A stretch of DNA of 64,000 nt from a virus. The notes under the pieces were generated by a model. That model searched no databases and was not told where the DNA came from. It worked only from the letters and a program-made list of their open reading frames with translations. Location: IMG/VR virus record IMGVR_UViG_3300045988_105796. One strand, given 5' to 3'. Shown here piece by piece: positions 1 through 9,004 of the stretch (positions are counted from its first letter, which is position 1; every line of letters begins with the position of its first letter). The position numbers and the translations under genes were made by a program.

Positions 1-135
1 CTTCCTCATCGTCTTCGTCAGAATCCTCTTCCTCATCGTCTTCGTCAGAATCCTCATCGTCATCGTCTTCGTCAGAATCCTCTTCCTCATCGTCTTCGTC
101 AGAATCCTCTTCCTCATCGTCTTCGTCAGAACCAA
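1..135. repeat. Tandem 27-nt repeat, about 5 copies (unit CTTCCTCATCGTCTTCGTCAGAATCCT; copies 3 and 5 diverge)
   Basis: Read directly: the unit starts at 1, 28, 55, 82 and 109. 27 nt is 9 codons, so it is in frame in the minus-strand CDS and encodes DSDEDDEEE-type repeats. Confidence 0.9.
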
Positions 136-283
136 AGAATGAAGAAGCAGTTTCTGCAGGGATAGCAATCTTTGCAAGTACTGCATAAGATCCATCCTCA
201 TACTGAACCAATACTGTACCGTTTTCAAGTTCTACCTGTGAAACGATTTTCAATTCCTTCTGTGCAGCTTTCTTTTTAGCCAT
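1..283 (-). CDS. Acidic-repeat protein, N-terminal part only (CDS runs off the left window edge)
   Basis: ATG at 283-281. It is absent from the ORF track because there is no stop in the window. Translates MAKKKAAQKELKIVSQVELENGTVLVQYEDGSYAVLAKIAIPAETASSFFGS followed by (DEDDEEEDS)n. Confidence 0.6.
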   Translation of the reverse strand, partial: MAKKKAAQKELKIVSQVELENGTVLVQYEDGSYAVLAKIAIPAETASSFFGSDEDDEEEDSDEDDEEEDSDEDDDDEDSDEDDEEEDSDEDDEE

Positions 284-404
284 AGTTGTAAAAATTTAAT
301 TGTTTATATAAATGTTAAATATATGTGAATATCCTAATTAAAGGAATCCTTAAATTCAATGTTATATTGAAAACCTCTATCTAGTAGAGTATTTTTCAAT
401 AACC

Positions 405-1013
405 TTAAGATCTTTGGTTGATAAATAATATCTTAACCTGAGTGTCATTCTGTGTATAGGAAGTATGACCTGCTAAACCCCATCTTGAACATTCTTCTAA
501 TAAATGAGGATGTTTGTCAGATACTTTATGTTTACCTCCATATACTAACCTTTTCGGAAATATATAGAACTTACCGTTTACTATAGAGTATATGTAATTC
601 CATCCATATTTTAATTTATAATCTTGTAGAGGTACAAATCCTTGAAACTCTAATTCCCTTATTAAATATTTAGGCTTAATGGAAGGTATATGATACTTCT
701 TGTTAGTATTAGTCCTATACCTTTTCATAAACTCTACTGAAGGTATATTATATAACTTATATACTTGCCTAAACATCCTATGGTGAAAAGGTATATTATA
801 ATACTTCATTATTATAAAAGCTCCTCGCCATTCCCTATAAGAGTATTTATCCTTATATTTATCGAAGTCTAATTTTTCTTCTTTGCTTAGGCGTAAATAT
901 CTCCTGTGCGATAGCATCTCTGACCTTGTTATATTGATTCCGCAGATAATATCTGCTAAATCCTGAGTAATTATAGCCATAATTTTGAAGTTTATAATAT
1001 CTGTTAAACTCAA
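405..1013 (-). CDS. Hypothetical Lys/Tyr/Arg-rich protein; possibly the downstream half of a frameshifted gene
   Basis: ORF track. The listed start is TTG and the frame is closed by TGA about 7 nt upstream, so the true start is uncertain (in-frame ATGs near 980 and 917). No family recognised. Confidence 0.4.
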   Translation of the reverse strand: MSLTDIINFKIMAIITQDLADIICGINITRSEMLSHRRYLRLSKEEKLDFDKYKDKYSYREWRGAFIIMKYYNIPFHHRMFRQVYKLYNIPSVEFMKRYRTNTNKKYHIPSIKPKYLIRELEFQGFVPLQDYKLKYGWNYIYSIVNGKFYIFPKRLVYGGKHKVSDKHPHLLEECSRWGLAGHTSYTQNDTQVKILFINQRS

Positions 1014-1419
1014 CTCTATTCATCCTTTCGGCAGCTTTACATAATCTAGTTATATACTTCCTTCTACGATGAGTATCTCTTTTATCTTCTGGAGGATATA
1101 CCCATTTCTTTACATGAACCATTCTATCTTTTAAGTAGAAGCAGTTATACTGGTATTTACCCCATTTAAGGTAAGTAATACCTTGTTTGATTAGTCTTTT
1201 GCCACTAATTATATGAATTTTAGTTAAAACCTTTGGTCCAAATGAATATACTACTACATGTTTTATATGTAGCCTTGATAAGTAGGGTATTGGAGTTATG
1301 AATTTAGGATATAAACTTCTTTGAGTATATCTCTTATTCTCTCTTTTAATAGGTTTATATGTCCATATATAATACCTATCTTTCCATACTATATGAGGAT
1401 CTCTGGCTAATTTAACCAT
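859..1419 (-). CDS. Hypothetical Tyr/Lys/Arg-rich protein; possibly the upstream half of a frameshifted gene
   Basis: ORF track, ATG start, overlaps the upstream gene end by 8 nt. Its last 155 nt are also open in the +1 frame that continues as 405..1013. Confidence 0.45.
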   Translation of the reverse strand: MVKLARDPHIVWKDRYYIWTYKPIKRENKRYTQRSLYPKFITPIPYLSRLHIKHVVVYSFGPKVLTKIHIISGKRLIKQGITYLKWGKYQYNCFYLKDRMVHVKKWVYPPEDKRDTHRRRKYITRLCKAAERMNRVEFNRYYKLQNYGYNYSGFSRYYLRNQYNKVRDAIAQEIFTPKQRRKIRLR

Positions 1420-1969
1420 TTTTCTTCTTTAATTCTCTTAAACAAGCTCTATGCCAAAGGCTAATTGATTTTTCCTTAGCATCTGGGAACTTTTTTAATA
1501 CTCTTCTAGTAATTCTATCCAAAGATAAACCCTTTTCAGTTAATTCAAAGGTATAAGACTTCTTAGTACCTTTATATAAAGAGAATTTATCCCTTTCCCT
1601 TACAGGTTTTTTCTCTTTTGGTCTTTTGATACCAGGTACTCTTCTTATTTTGGGTTTTCCGTTCTCATCTTCATCTCCGAGAAACCCAAGCCTTAATCTT
1701 GAAGATCTTATAGGATCATCCTTTTCATAACCTAATTCAGATAATTGGTTGTCCATCCAATCATCATATTTATCTATCAAGGTAGGATCTGGAATATTAT
1801 CTGTTTTATTGATAAAATTTAGTAAAGCTCCTATGGAATTACCTGTAGCATCTGGGAAAGGCATTCCTAAAGCAATAGCCTTTCTTTTAATATCTTTATA
1901 AGTATCATGGGTGCAAGCATCTCTTAAGAATGATACCTTTGGACTGTTTTGTTTTTTGTTCTTTGCCAT
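1412..1969 (-). CDS. Hypothetical basic protein (early gene by promoter context)
   Basis: ORF track. A bipartite host-type promoter sits 40 nt upstream. Lys/Arg-rich C-terminal half. No family recognised. Confidence 0.6.
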   Translation of the reverse strand: MAKNKKQNSPKVSFLRDACTHDTYKDIKRKAIALGMPFPDATGNSIGALLNFINKTDNIPDPTLIDKYDDWMDNQLSELGYEKDDPIRSSRLRLGFLGDEDENGKPKIRRVPGIKRPKEKKPVRERDKFSLYKGTKKSYTFELTEKGLSLDRITRRVLKKFPDAKEKSISLWHRACLRELKKKNG

Positions 1970-2004
1970 ATTGACTATTTATAAAATTGTTATTTATTAT
2001 TTCT

Positions 2005-2040
2005 TTTGCAAATTTACTACATTTATATATAATATGCAAA
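2005..2040 (-). promoter_or_regulatory. Bacteroidota-type promoter: -33 TTGCAT, 20-nt gap after TTG, -7 TAAATTTGCAAA
   Basis: The minus strand reads TTTGCATATTATATATAAATGTAGTAAATTTGCAAA. The -7 box is at 2009-2016 and the ATG at 1969. Confidence 0.65.
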
Positions 2041-2090
2041 TAATTTAATATATTATTTACTAAATACTGAGGATAGGGTAGTGGAAGCAT

Positions 2091-3023
2091 CTATCCTCTA
2101 GCATTTTTAAGTTTCTTATGTGCTTTTTTAAGTATACTTACGTCAAAATCAAGGTTATTTATATTATTGTAGTTGATGGCTGATTCTACTGCTAACCTGT
2201 AATCAGGCCAAAATTTTAATCCCAGCCTAACTTGAGAAGTTTTTATTCTATAATTAGCTACCATAAAACCAAAGCTATCTGCATGATCTTTTTCCTTAAA
2301 TACATAGATATAGAATTTATTCATCTCTTTCAAAAGTTCTTCAGATTTTCTAACTGGAATTACTTTATAACCGTCCTTATATAAAGTATCTGATATTAAA
2401 CAGATCCAATATTGATCTTCTGTATACTTTCTCCTTGCCTTACACTTAAACCTTTCTTCAATTCTTTCAAGCAACCAGTTAGGCATTTTCTTATGATCTA
2501 ACAGATACTTGATATATATCTTATGTTTCTTATTTACCCTACGTTTATAAGCAGAGGGTCTCTGTAACATTTTAGGTAATATTCTAAAATTATTCCATCT
2601 ATCAAACTCTAGAATTAACTCTAGAGTATCAAGGTCCCATCTGTTATCTGATTCCTTTAATCTACCAATGTTCTTAGTAATTAATTTTTCTGATACTGGG
2701 TTTAGTAGGTTAACTGAAAGGCCAGTGTATAAACGGGCTTCTTTAACAGTTTTACGATCACAAATACAAGCAGTTATATACTCCTTGAAATCTTCTGTAC
2801 AAGGGCCATCCCATCTAAATAGAGAATCATGTTTCTGCAGAAATTCACTAAACATTTTAAGAAATATTTCTGCCCTCTCCTTTATCTCCAGGTATTTATA
2901 GTGAGATAATTTCATCATCTCTCCAACTTCCCATGAAGACTTACCTGTACCTAAAGTTAAATATAAAGAATTTTGCTCATTAGGTAATAACCAGCTCCAG
3001 GCTTTTTTAGTTCTATCATCCAT
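2091..3023 (-). CDS. Putative DNA-binding/transcription protein with N-terminal sigma-70 region-4 / LuxR-like HTH
   Basis: The N-terminus LPNEQNSLYLTLGTGKSSWEVGEMMKLSHYKYLEIKERA fits the pattern L..e..v..l...G.s..EIa..l.is..tVk. The remaining ~250 aa are unrecognised. Confidence 0.4.
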   Translation of the reverse strand: MDDRTKKAWSWLLPNEQNSLYLTLGTGKSSWEVGEMMKLSHYKYLEIKERAEIFLKMFSEFLQKHDSLFRWDGPCTEDFKEYITACICDRKTVKEARLYTGLSVNLLNPVSEKLITKNIGRLKESDNRWDLDTLELILEFDRWNNFRILPKMLQRPSAYKRRVNKKHKIYIKYLLDHKKMPNWLLERIEERFKCKARRKYTEDQYWICLISDTLYKDGYKVIPVRKSEELLKEMNKFYIYVFKEKDHADSFGFMVANYRIKTSQVRLGLKFWPDYRLAVESAINYNNINNLDFDVSILKKAHKKLKNARG

Positions 3024-3027
3024 AACT

Positions 3028-3747
3028 TTAATATTGTTTCTTATCCATTATTCGATCTATCTTATCTTGAGTAATATCATCAGGATTATACTCTAGATTA
3101 GTAGCTTGTATAACATCTGGATCATAATGAAGATATACGCTATATAGTACATTATCAAAGGGTAATGTTAATTTCATTGTACCATTTAGTACAAATGTTT
3201 CAACAGTTACCTGTTTATTTAGATAATCTACTCTTTTAACGGTAGCTTCTACTCCTTCATAAGGATATCCTTTAAGATGTATGTAATCTCCAGGTTTAAG
3301 ATTTACTAAATCATCTAAAGAATATTTCTTATTCTCATTAGCTATCTTTATAAATCTTCTTACTTCAGATCTATCTACCATAGCTATTAAAGAAAAATCA
3401 TCCCAGTCTTCGGCATTATCTATCCTAACTCTCTTTTTCCTATTATGTAGAGTTTCAGTATCTCTAAGCCATGAGTGAATACCAGGTATCTTTTTCCTTA
3501 GCTTATTCATAAAAGTTCTAGAATAAGCCAATTCTCGGGGTATTCTTATAAAACCATAGTTAAACAGAACAGGTTCTTCAGTAAAGATCATCTTACCTTT
3601 TATGGTTTTTCGTAGAATGTTAACGGTAGGTATGATAGCTTTTATTCTTTTATAATGATATTTCTTTAATTGATCATTGGTACCTTTCCATGATTTCTTT
3701 TCCAAGTAGAAAAGACAATAAACGTATTTAGTAGGATCTCTTTCCAT
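3028..3747 (-). CDS. NusG/UpxY-like transcription antitermination protein (NGN + KOW)
   Basis: NGN-like YVYCLFYLEKK...EEPVLFNYGFIRIP. KOW-like KPGDYIHLKGYPYEGVEATVKRVDYLNKQVTVETFVLNGTMKLTLPFDNV. Confidence 0.65.
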   Translation of the reverse strand: MERDPTKYVYCLFYLEKKSWKGTNDQLKKYHYKRIKAIIPTVNILRKTIKGKMIFTEEPVLFNYGFIRIPRELAYSRTFMNKLRKKIPGIHSWLRDTETLHNRKKRVRIDNAEDWDDFSLIAMVDRSEVRRFIKIANENKKYSLDDLVNLKPGDYIHLKGYPYEGVEATVKRVDYLNKQVTVETFVLNGTMKLTLPFDNVLYSVYLHYDPDVIQATNLEYNPDDITQDKIDRIMDKKQY

Positions 3748-3761
3748 ATAGATAGTAATAT

Positions 3762-4289
3762 TTATCGATTCTTAACTATAGTTTTAGCTAACTTATGTAC
3801 TCTTTTATAGGATACTTTGTTTAGAACAGCACTAGCCATGAAGATATACAGGTTTAGCTCATTACCTATATTAAAAACCATATACCTGGTATCCTTTACA
3901 AAAGGTATAAATTCTTTAGCTAAATCCTCTCCTACTGCCATGAAGAATTCATTAGAAGGCATTGAATTATATCTCATTATCAAAATAGGTACTTTTGCAG
4001 ACCTAAGAGCATCATTAGTAGCCTGATTCCAGAATTTCTCTACTTCACTACCTTTAGTACCTAATAAGATATGCTCAAATTTAATATCCTTATAACACTT
4101 ACATTCTACAGATATTTTACACCGGTGAGCATGACGTTCATCGGTGCACATAACATCTGAAGCTAGATCACGACTTTGGTGATTTGCTCCACTATAAGGA
4201 GTTCTACCAAACTTATAACCCGTCCAGTCACTCATCCATTTAGCAACTGTTCTCTCAAATTTATTACCTTTTCTCTTAGAGTTAACCAT
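3762..4289 (-). CDS. Holliday-junction resolvase-like PD-(D/E)XK nuclease
   Basis: N-terminal KRKGNKFERTVAKW (the RKG..fE signature of Hjc/phage resolvases), then D...E.K-like ISVECKCYKD. Confidence 0.5.
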   Translation of the reverse strand: MVNSKRKGNKFERTVAKWMSDWTGYKFGRTPYSGANHQSRDLASDVMCTDERHAHRCKISVECKCYKDIKFEHILLGTKGSEVEKFWNQATNDALRSAKVPILIMRYNSMPSNEFFMAVGEDLAKEFIPFVKDTRYMVFNIGNELNLYIFMASAVLNKVSYKRVHKLAKTIVKNR

Positions 4290-4319
4290 ATTTGTATTGT
4301 ATATTATATTTATATACCT

Positions 4320-6029
4320 TTATAGTACTTGTACTGTACTAACTCCATATTGTTTTTTAACTTGCAAAGTTTTACAATTTGATAAAGGTAATGAATCTTG
4401 ATGGGTGATTAAGAATAAGGTTTTGTCTTCATATATGTTATTAATCAGAGATACTACTAAATCTATATTCTCCTGATCAAGAGATTCAAATACTTCATCT
4501 AAGAAAGCTATGTTTATACCTTTACTAGCTGTTAGGGATTCATTCATAGCAAAAGCCATAGCAACGTTAGCTAATTGTTTCTCTCCACCTGATAGCTCAT
4601 CATAATCTATTATTATATCTCCTCTTTCGATTAAAGTTATAAAATCTTTTTTAGTAGATCCAAGATCTATATCAAAAGAGATTCTAAATCCTAAAACTTT
4701 TGAGTAATTCTCTAAAGTCTTATTTAATAGGTCAAGGCTTGAATTAAATAAGTAAGCTTTGATACCTTTGTTTGATAAAGGATCTTCTATTAACCATTCA
4801 ACATCTTCTAGTTGTTTGTTTGCTTTCTTTAGCTTAGCTTCTATACGCTTAAGCTTTTCTTTCATTTCTAGAGCTTTCTTTTTATATTTAGGAGATAATA
4901 CATGTAGCTTTTCCTTCTTTAATTCTTTGATTTGATCCTCTATATCCTCTATTCTACGATTTAAGTCTTTTTTATTACTTTTATCTCGATATAGGTTTGC
5001 CCTATCCCTTTCATATTTAGAAATTTTATCTTTTAAGCTATATTTTTTATCTGAATAAATATCTATGGCCTTGAAAGATTCCTTTATTATCTTCATCTTA
5101 GATAAAGCTTTATCAGCATTGCCCTTTTCAAGTAATACTATTACCTTATCTATAACCTCTATTAGAGGTATATCTGAAAGGTTTTTGGCTTTTTCAAGTT
5201 TAGTGTTTACTTTGATTAGATTCTTCTTTAGCTTATTTATTTTATCTTCTGCTTCTTCTATACCTGATTCAGGATTACCTATTTTAGAAAGCTGTTCTTC
5301 TAATTTAGATTTATTGGCTTTTAAGTTTCTTTTCTTATCCTTTATATCAGACTTGAAAGAATCTTCTCTTTCTTTTAGATCATAATAGGTTTCTCTAGTA
5401 TTCTCAAATTCATTATTAAATGATTTATACTCATGTTCTATCTCATTTACTTGCATTTTAACTTCATTCCTCATCTTAACTGCCATATCTTTGGCAATAT
5501 TGAGAAAATTAAGGTTAAATACTTCTTCGAACAATTTCTTCTTATCAGAGTTAGATTCTTGAATAAGCCTCTGTATACCTTGTCCAAACATTATAGAATT
5601 TAGGAACAATTTATATGATAAGCCTATTTCATTTACTATATACTCTTGGAGTTTAGCTTTACCTTTTATATCTATAAAATCTACATCTTTCTGTACAGTA
5701 AGTCTGTCTTTACCTTTAGCTCCATCTTCTAAACATAAAGTGTAATTTTGACATCTAGTGATTACATAGGTACTATCACCTTTTTGGAAAGTTACATCTA
5801 CTCTGGTTCCGTTATAATCTTTAGATCTAATTTCTTTCCAAGTATTTACTTCTGAATTACCCTTTAGAGTTTTACCATATAAACACCAAACAAGGGCAGA
5901 GAATATAGTAGATTTTCCTTGCCCATTTGAAGCCTTTACTAATACAGTCTGCTTCTCATTCAAACTTATATAACTTTGTCCTTCATATGAACAAAAGCCA
6001 TCTATCATCAGTCCAATAAATGTTATCAT
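4320..6029 (-). CDS. sbcC: SbcC/Rad50-like recombination ATPase (T4 gp46 analogue)
   Basis: Walker A NGQGKSTIFSAL, long Lys/Glu coiled-coil middle, ABC signature LSGGEKQLANVAMAFA, Walker B IAFLDEVFESLD. Confidence 0.85.
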   Translation of the reverse strand: MITFIGLMIDGFCSYEGQSYISLNEKQTVLVKASNGQGKSTIFSALVWCLYGKTLKGNSEVNTWKEIRSKDYNGTRVDVTFQKGDSTYVITRCQNYTLCLEDGAKGKDRLTVQKDVDFIDIKGKAKLQEYIVNEIGLSYKLFLNSIMFGQGIQRLIQESNSDKKKLFEEVFNLNFLNIAKDMAVKMRNEVKMQVNEIEHEYKSFNNEFENTRETYYDLKEREDSFKSDIKDKKRNLKANKSKLEEQLSKIGNPESGIEEAEDKINKLKKNLIKVNTKLEKAKNLSDIPLIEVIDKVIVLLEKGNADKALSKMKIIKESFKAIDIYSDKKYSLKDKISKYERDRANLYRDKSNKKDLNRRIEDIEDQIKELKKEKLHVLSPKYKKKALEMKEKLKRIEAKLKKANKQLEDVEWLIEDPLSNKGIKAYLFNSSLDLLNKTLENYSKVLGFRISFDIDLGSTKKDFITLIERGDIIIDYDELSGGEKQLANVAMAFAMNESLTASKGINIAFLDEVFESLDQENIDLVVSLINNIYEDKTLFLITHQDSLPLSNCKTLQVKKQYGVSTVQVL

Positions 6030-7015
6030 TGTTCTTCGGATTTATTTAAGATGTTAATTAAAAGATTTTCTCGATTCTTATCTTTTATACCAGTAGTCCT
6101 CATATAACGTTTAGCTAGACGCTTTTTAGATAACTGCTTAGTAATTTTATGTTCTACTATTTTTTCTACTCTAGATTGTTTCGGAATAACTGTATAGTAG
6201 TTACCATCATCCTTTATTTCTTCTTCTGATTCTACATCAATGAACTTAGGGAAGTTATCTAAAGGTATAAATTTTAATGATAAGTCTTCATATAACTCCC
6301 AGTAACCCATTTCACAATTTTTATCAGTTCTACGCTGTTGTAAGGGAGCTCCTATCATATATACCTTTTTAGCCAATCTTTGGTGTTTATGTATATGACC
6401 ACATAATACTAGATCGAACTTATTTAGAGTATTTATATTAATATTCTCTACAGAATCTATACGTCTACCATCTGTATCAGTAGCACCTGGATAATCAGTA
6501 TGTAATAATAGGATATTTTTACTATTCTTATCCAACTTCAATTTAGAGATATATTCACATAAACCTACGTTATGATCTATGTAGGGTATACCATGTACCG
6601 TAATATCTAAACCTATATCTATAGATTCTTTATTTAATATCTTAAATCCCCATTCTGAAGGACCAAATCCTTCAAAACAGTCTAGAATAGATTTAGTTAA
6701 ATTATCTATCTTATTTACCGAAGGCAGTTCATGATTACCACTTATGGCATAACATCTAAATCGAGGGTATTTAGAATAACATTCTCTTTGCCATTGAATA
6801 AATCTTATAAGTAGTGAAGTATCTAATACGTTAGGTTTATGAAACATATCTCCACAAAATAAAGCAGGTACTCCTAACTCACTACATTTTTCAGCTATTA
6901 ATGAGAGAACCTTGAAACCGTTCTCAGTTCTCTCATTATTTTCGTTAAACTTTGCCCATTGATTTAGATGTAAATCTGAAAAGGCTAAAGCTATTACTTT
7001 CTTAGATTTTGTCAT
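6026..7015 (-). CDS. sbcD: SbcD/Mre11-like nuclease (T4 gp47 analogue)
   Basis: Calcineurin-like phosphoesterase motifs FSDLHL, GDMFHK, SGNHE and GHIHKHQ. 4-nt overlap with the SbcC-like gene. Confidence 0.85.
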   Translation of the reverse strand: MTKSKKVIALAFSDLHLNQWAKFNENNERTENGFKVLSLIAEKCSELGVPALFCGDMFHKPNVLDTSLLIRFIQWQRECYSKYPRFRCYAISGNHELPSVNKIDNLTKSILDCFEGFGPSEWGFKILNKESIDIGLDITVHGIPYIDHNVGLCEYISKLKLDKNSKNILLLHTDYPGATDTDGRRIDSVENININTLNKFDLVLCGHIHKHQRLAKKVYMIGAPLQQRRTDKNCEMGYWELYEDLSLKFIPLDNFPKFIDVESEEEIKDDGNYYTVIPKQSRVEKIVEHKITKQLSKKRLAKRYMRTTGIKDKNRENLLINILNKSEEQ

Positions 7016-7694
7016 ATATGAAATTTATTATATATTCTGATCTAATATCTAATTTCGGTTCTTTAACTACCATGATTCTAGTTTCTCCATGTATAGTATC
7101 AAGTTTCCATATCTCTACTCCTTCTTTAGATTGAGTACCAGGTCTATACCAATGATTGTTGACTAAATGTACTTCTCTAATAAATTGAGCCTTCCAATAT
7201 TTGATCACTGCTTTCATTATAGAAGATATTTCACACTGGAAAAATCCATTTGTGATCCTCTTTTCATTATCTTCTACTATCCAGTTACCTATAAGCTCTG
7301 GAGTAAAATCTAACAGTATGAGATGTGAACAATATTGATTGGTAAACATTTTACATAAATCCATAAAATGTTTTACTTCACATTCTGGGATTTTATCTGC
7401 TTGCTTATACATAAAATAAGAAGCTACATCCAAGAAGCTACGATCACTGATAAAAGATTCTTCATTTTGGAAGAGCTTCTTCCTCAAGTTTAATACCTGA
7501 AAATCCTCCATGTACAAAGTCTTAGGATCTTTAGATAACATCTCCTGATGAGTTTGTTCTTTTGTCTTTGGTAATAAATCAGATACAGAACCTGATATAA
7601 AGTTTATATCTGCTACATTACCTATCTTTTCAGCTAAAGTAGTCTTACCTATACCTGAAGGACCTGCAAACATTATTTTATTCTTTCTTTCCAT
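7002..7694 (-). CDS. P-loop deoxynucleoside/deoxynucleotide kinase-like protein
   Basis: Walker A FAGPSGIGKTTLAEKI. dNK-like SDRSFLDVASYF motif (the DRS..sd..vF pattern). Confidence 0.55.
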   Translation of the reverse strand: MERKNKIMFAGPSGIGKTTLAEKIGNVADINFISGSVSDLLPKTKEQTHQEMLSKDPKTLYMEDFQVLNLRKKLFQNEESFISDRSFLDVASYFMYKQADKIPECEVKHFMDLCKMFTNQYCSHLILLDFTPELIGNWIVEDNEKRITNGFFQCEISSIMKAVIKYWKAQFIREVHLVNNHWYRPGTQSKEGVEIWKLDTIHGETRIMVVKEPKLDIRSEYIINFIYDKI

Positions 7695-8631
7695 AAGTTC
7701 TTTCTATTTGTTTATTGAAGTTATCTATAAATAGTTTTGAATAGAAGGATCCTAAACTATATTCGTTAACTACTCTTTCTAAAGCTTTTACCTTGATTTT
7801 ACCCTCCTTAGGAATTCTCATAGGTAAAGTCTTTATAGGATGATGATTTATAAACCATCTCAAGTCTATCATCTTTTTATTCCTATCATATACTTCTTTC
7901 ATCTTCTTATGACCTTCATCTCCTTTAAGATAAGTGTCAGATTCTAAGTAGTTTTCAATACAAGTATAATCATCTAAGAATTTTCTTGCCTTCTTTTCTC
8001 CAATACCTGGATAACCTGGGATATCATCAGATTTATCACCTACTAAGCAAAGCCAATCAACACATTCACTTGCAGAATAACCATTAATTACTTTGCAATT
8101 AGAATCATATATTAGTTGATCTTTACGCACATTAAAAATCATCGTAGTTTGCTTTACAAGCAATTGATTAAAATCTTTATCTGCAGTAATTAATATTCTT
8201 CTAGATTTCTTAGGAGCCCACTTGATAGCTAGATGAGCAAGGAAGTCATCTCCTTCATAATTATATTCCTTCTTCTTATCGTATACATATTTAATACATA
8301 AGATCCTTAATAACTTCTGTATTACCTTCTTTTGACTATGTAAAGATTCATAATCCATAGATATGTTCTTTCTATGAGCCTTATAAGTAGGTATGATCTC
8401 AGTACGATATTTTGAATGACCGTTATCAAATACTATTACTACATCATCCGGTCTAAACCTATACAAGTATGTCTGTAAAGACTTAAAGAATCCGAAGATT
8501 GCTCCACTTGGTTTACCATCTACTGATTTGAAATTCATGAACTTATGGTAAGATTGATGGAGAAGTCCCTCTCCATCAACCAATACTATAGTTTTACGAT
8601 TAAGATTGCGCGTCTTCTTCTTCATAGTCAT
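7678..8631 (-). CDS. 5'-3' exonuclease / flap endonuclease (T4 RNase H-like)
   Basis: PIN-like N-terminus IVLVDGEGLLHQSYH, then ITADKDFNQL, and H3TH GDKSDDIPGYPGIGEKKARKFL. Confidence 0.85.
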   Translation of the reverse strand: MTMKKKTRNLNRKTIVLVDGEGLLHQSYHKFMNFKSVDGKPSGAIFGFFKSLQTYLYRFRPDDVVIVFDNGHSKYRTEIIPTYKAHRKNISMDYESLHSQKKVIQKLLRILCIKYVYDKKKEYNYEGDDFLAHLAIKWAPKKSRRILITADKDFNQLLVKQTTMIFNVRKDQLIYDSNCKVINGYSASECVDWLCLVGDKSDDIPGYPGIGEKKARKFLDDYTCIENYLESDTYLKGDEGHKKMKEVYDRNKKMIDLRWFINHHPIKTLPMRIPKEGKIKVKALERVVNEYSLGSFYSKLFIDNFNKQIERTYGKKE

Positions 8632-9004
8632 GTATCATTTCTTCTAACAACTCTATACTGTAGTAATAATTCCTTTTAATAATAGAAGGAACCAAATACC
8701 ATAATTGAGTACAGTTAAACTGATTAATATACTCTTCTAATACCTTACGATTTTCTTCAAGATCTAATTCGGCATAAAGATCTTCAGAAGCTAACCCTCT
8801 ATCAATTGACAAGTGACATACTGAGATAGCTTTTTTCAAATCCTCTAAACCATTCTTATTATTATATCTTGAAGAGTATTTTAGTATCTCTCCTTGGAAC
8901 CAGTCCATTTTGAAGATTACCATTAAATCTACTGGCTCTATCTTCAATCTAGAGTAATGGGTACCAGCTACCTGTCTTTTTTTATTCGTCATCATCTTCT
9001 TCAT
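8600..9004 (-). CDS. DUF3310-like phage protein
   Basis: GTHYSRLKIEPVDLMVIFKMDWFQGEILKYSSRY...GLEDLKKAISVCHL resembles the DUF3310 pattern. By-eye match only. Confidence 0.35.
   Translation of the reverse strand: MKKMMTNKKRQVAGTHYSRLKIEPVDLMVIFKMDWFQGEILKYSSRYNNKNGLEDLKKAISVCHLSIDRGLASEDLYAELDLEENRKVLEEYINQFNCTQLWYLVPSIIKRNYYYSIELLEEMIHDYEEEDAQS

Noticed and set aside
1905-2090. 61-aa minus-strand ORF spanning the intergenic region upstream of 1969
   Set aside because: It covers the bipartite promoter and overlaps the start of the 185-aa gene. It is more simply explained as non-coding leader and promoter.
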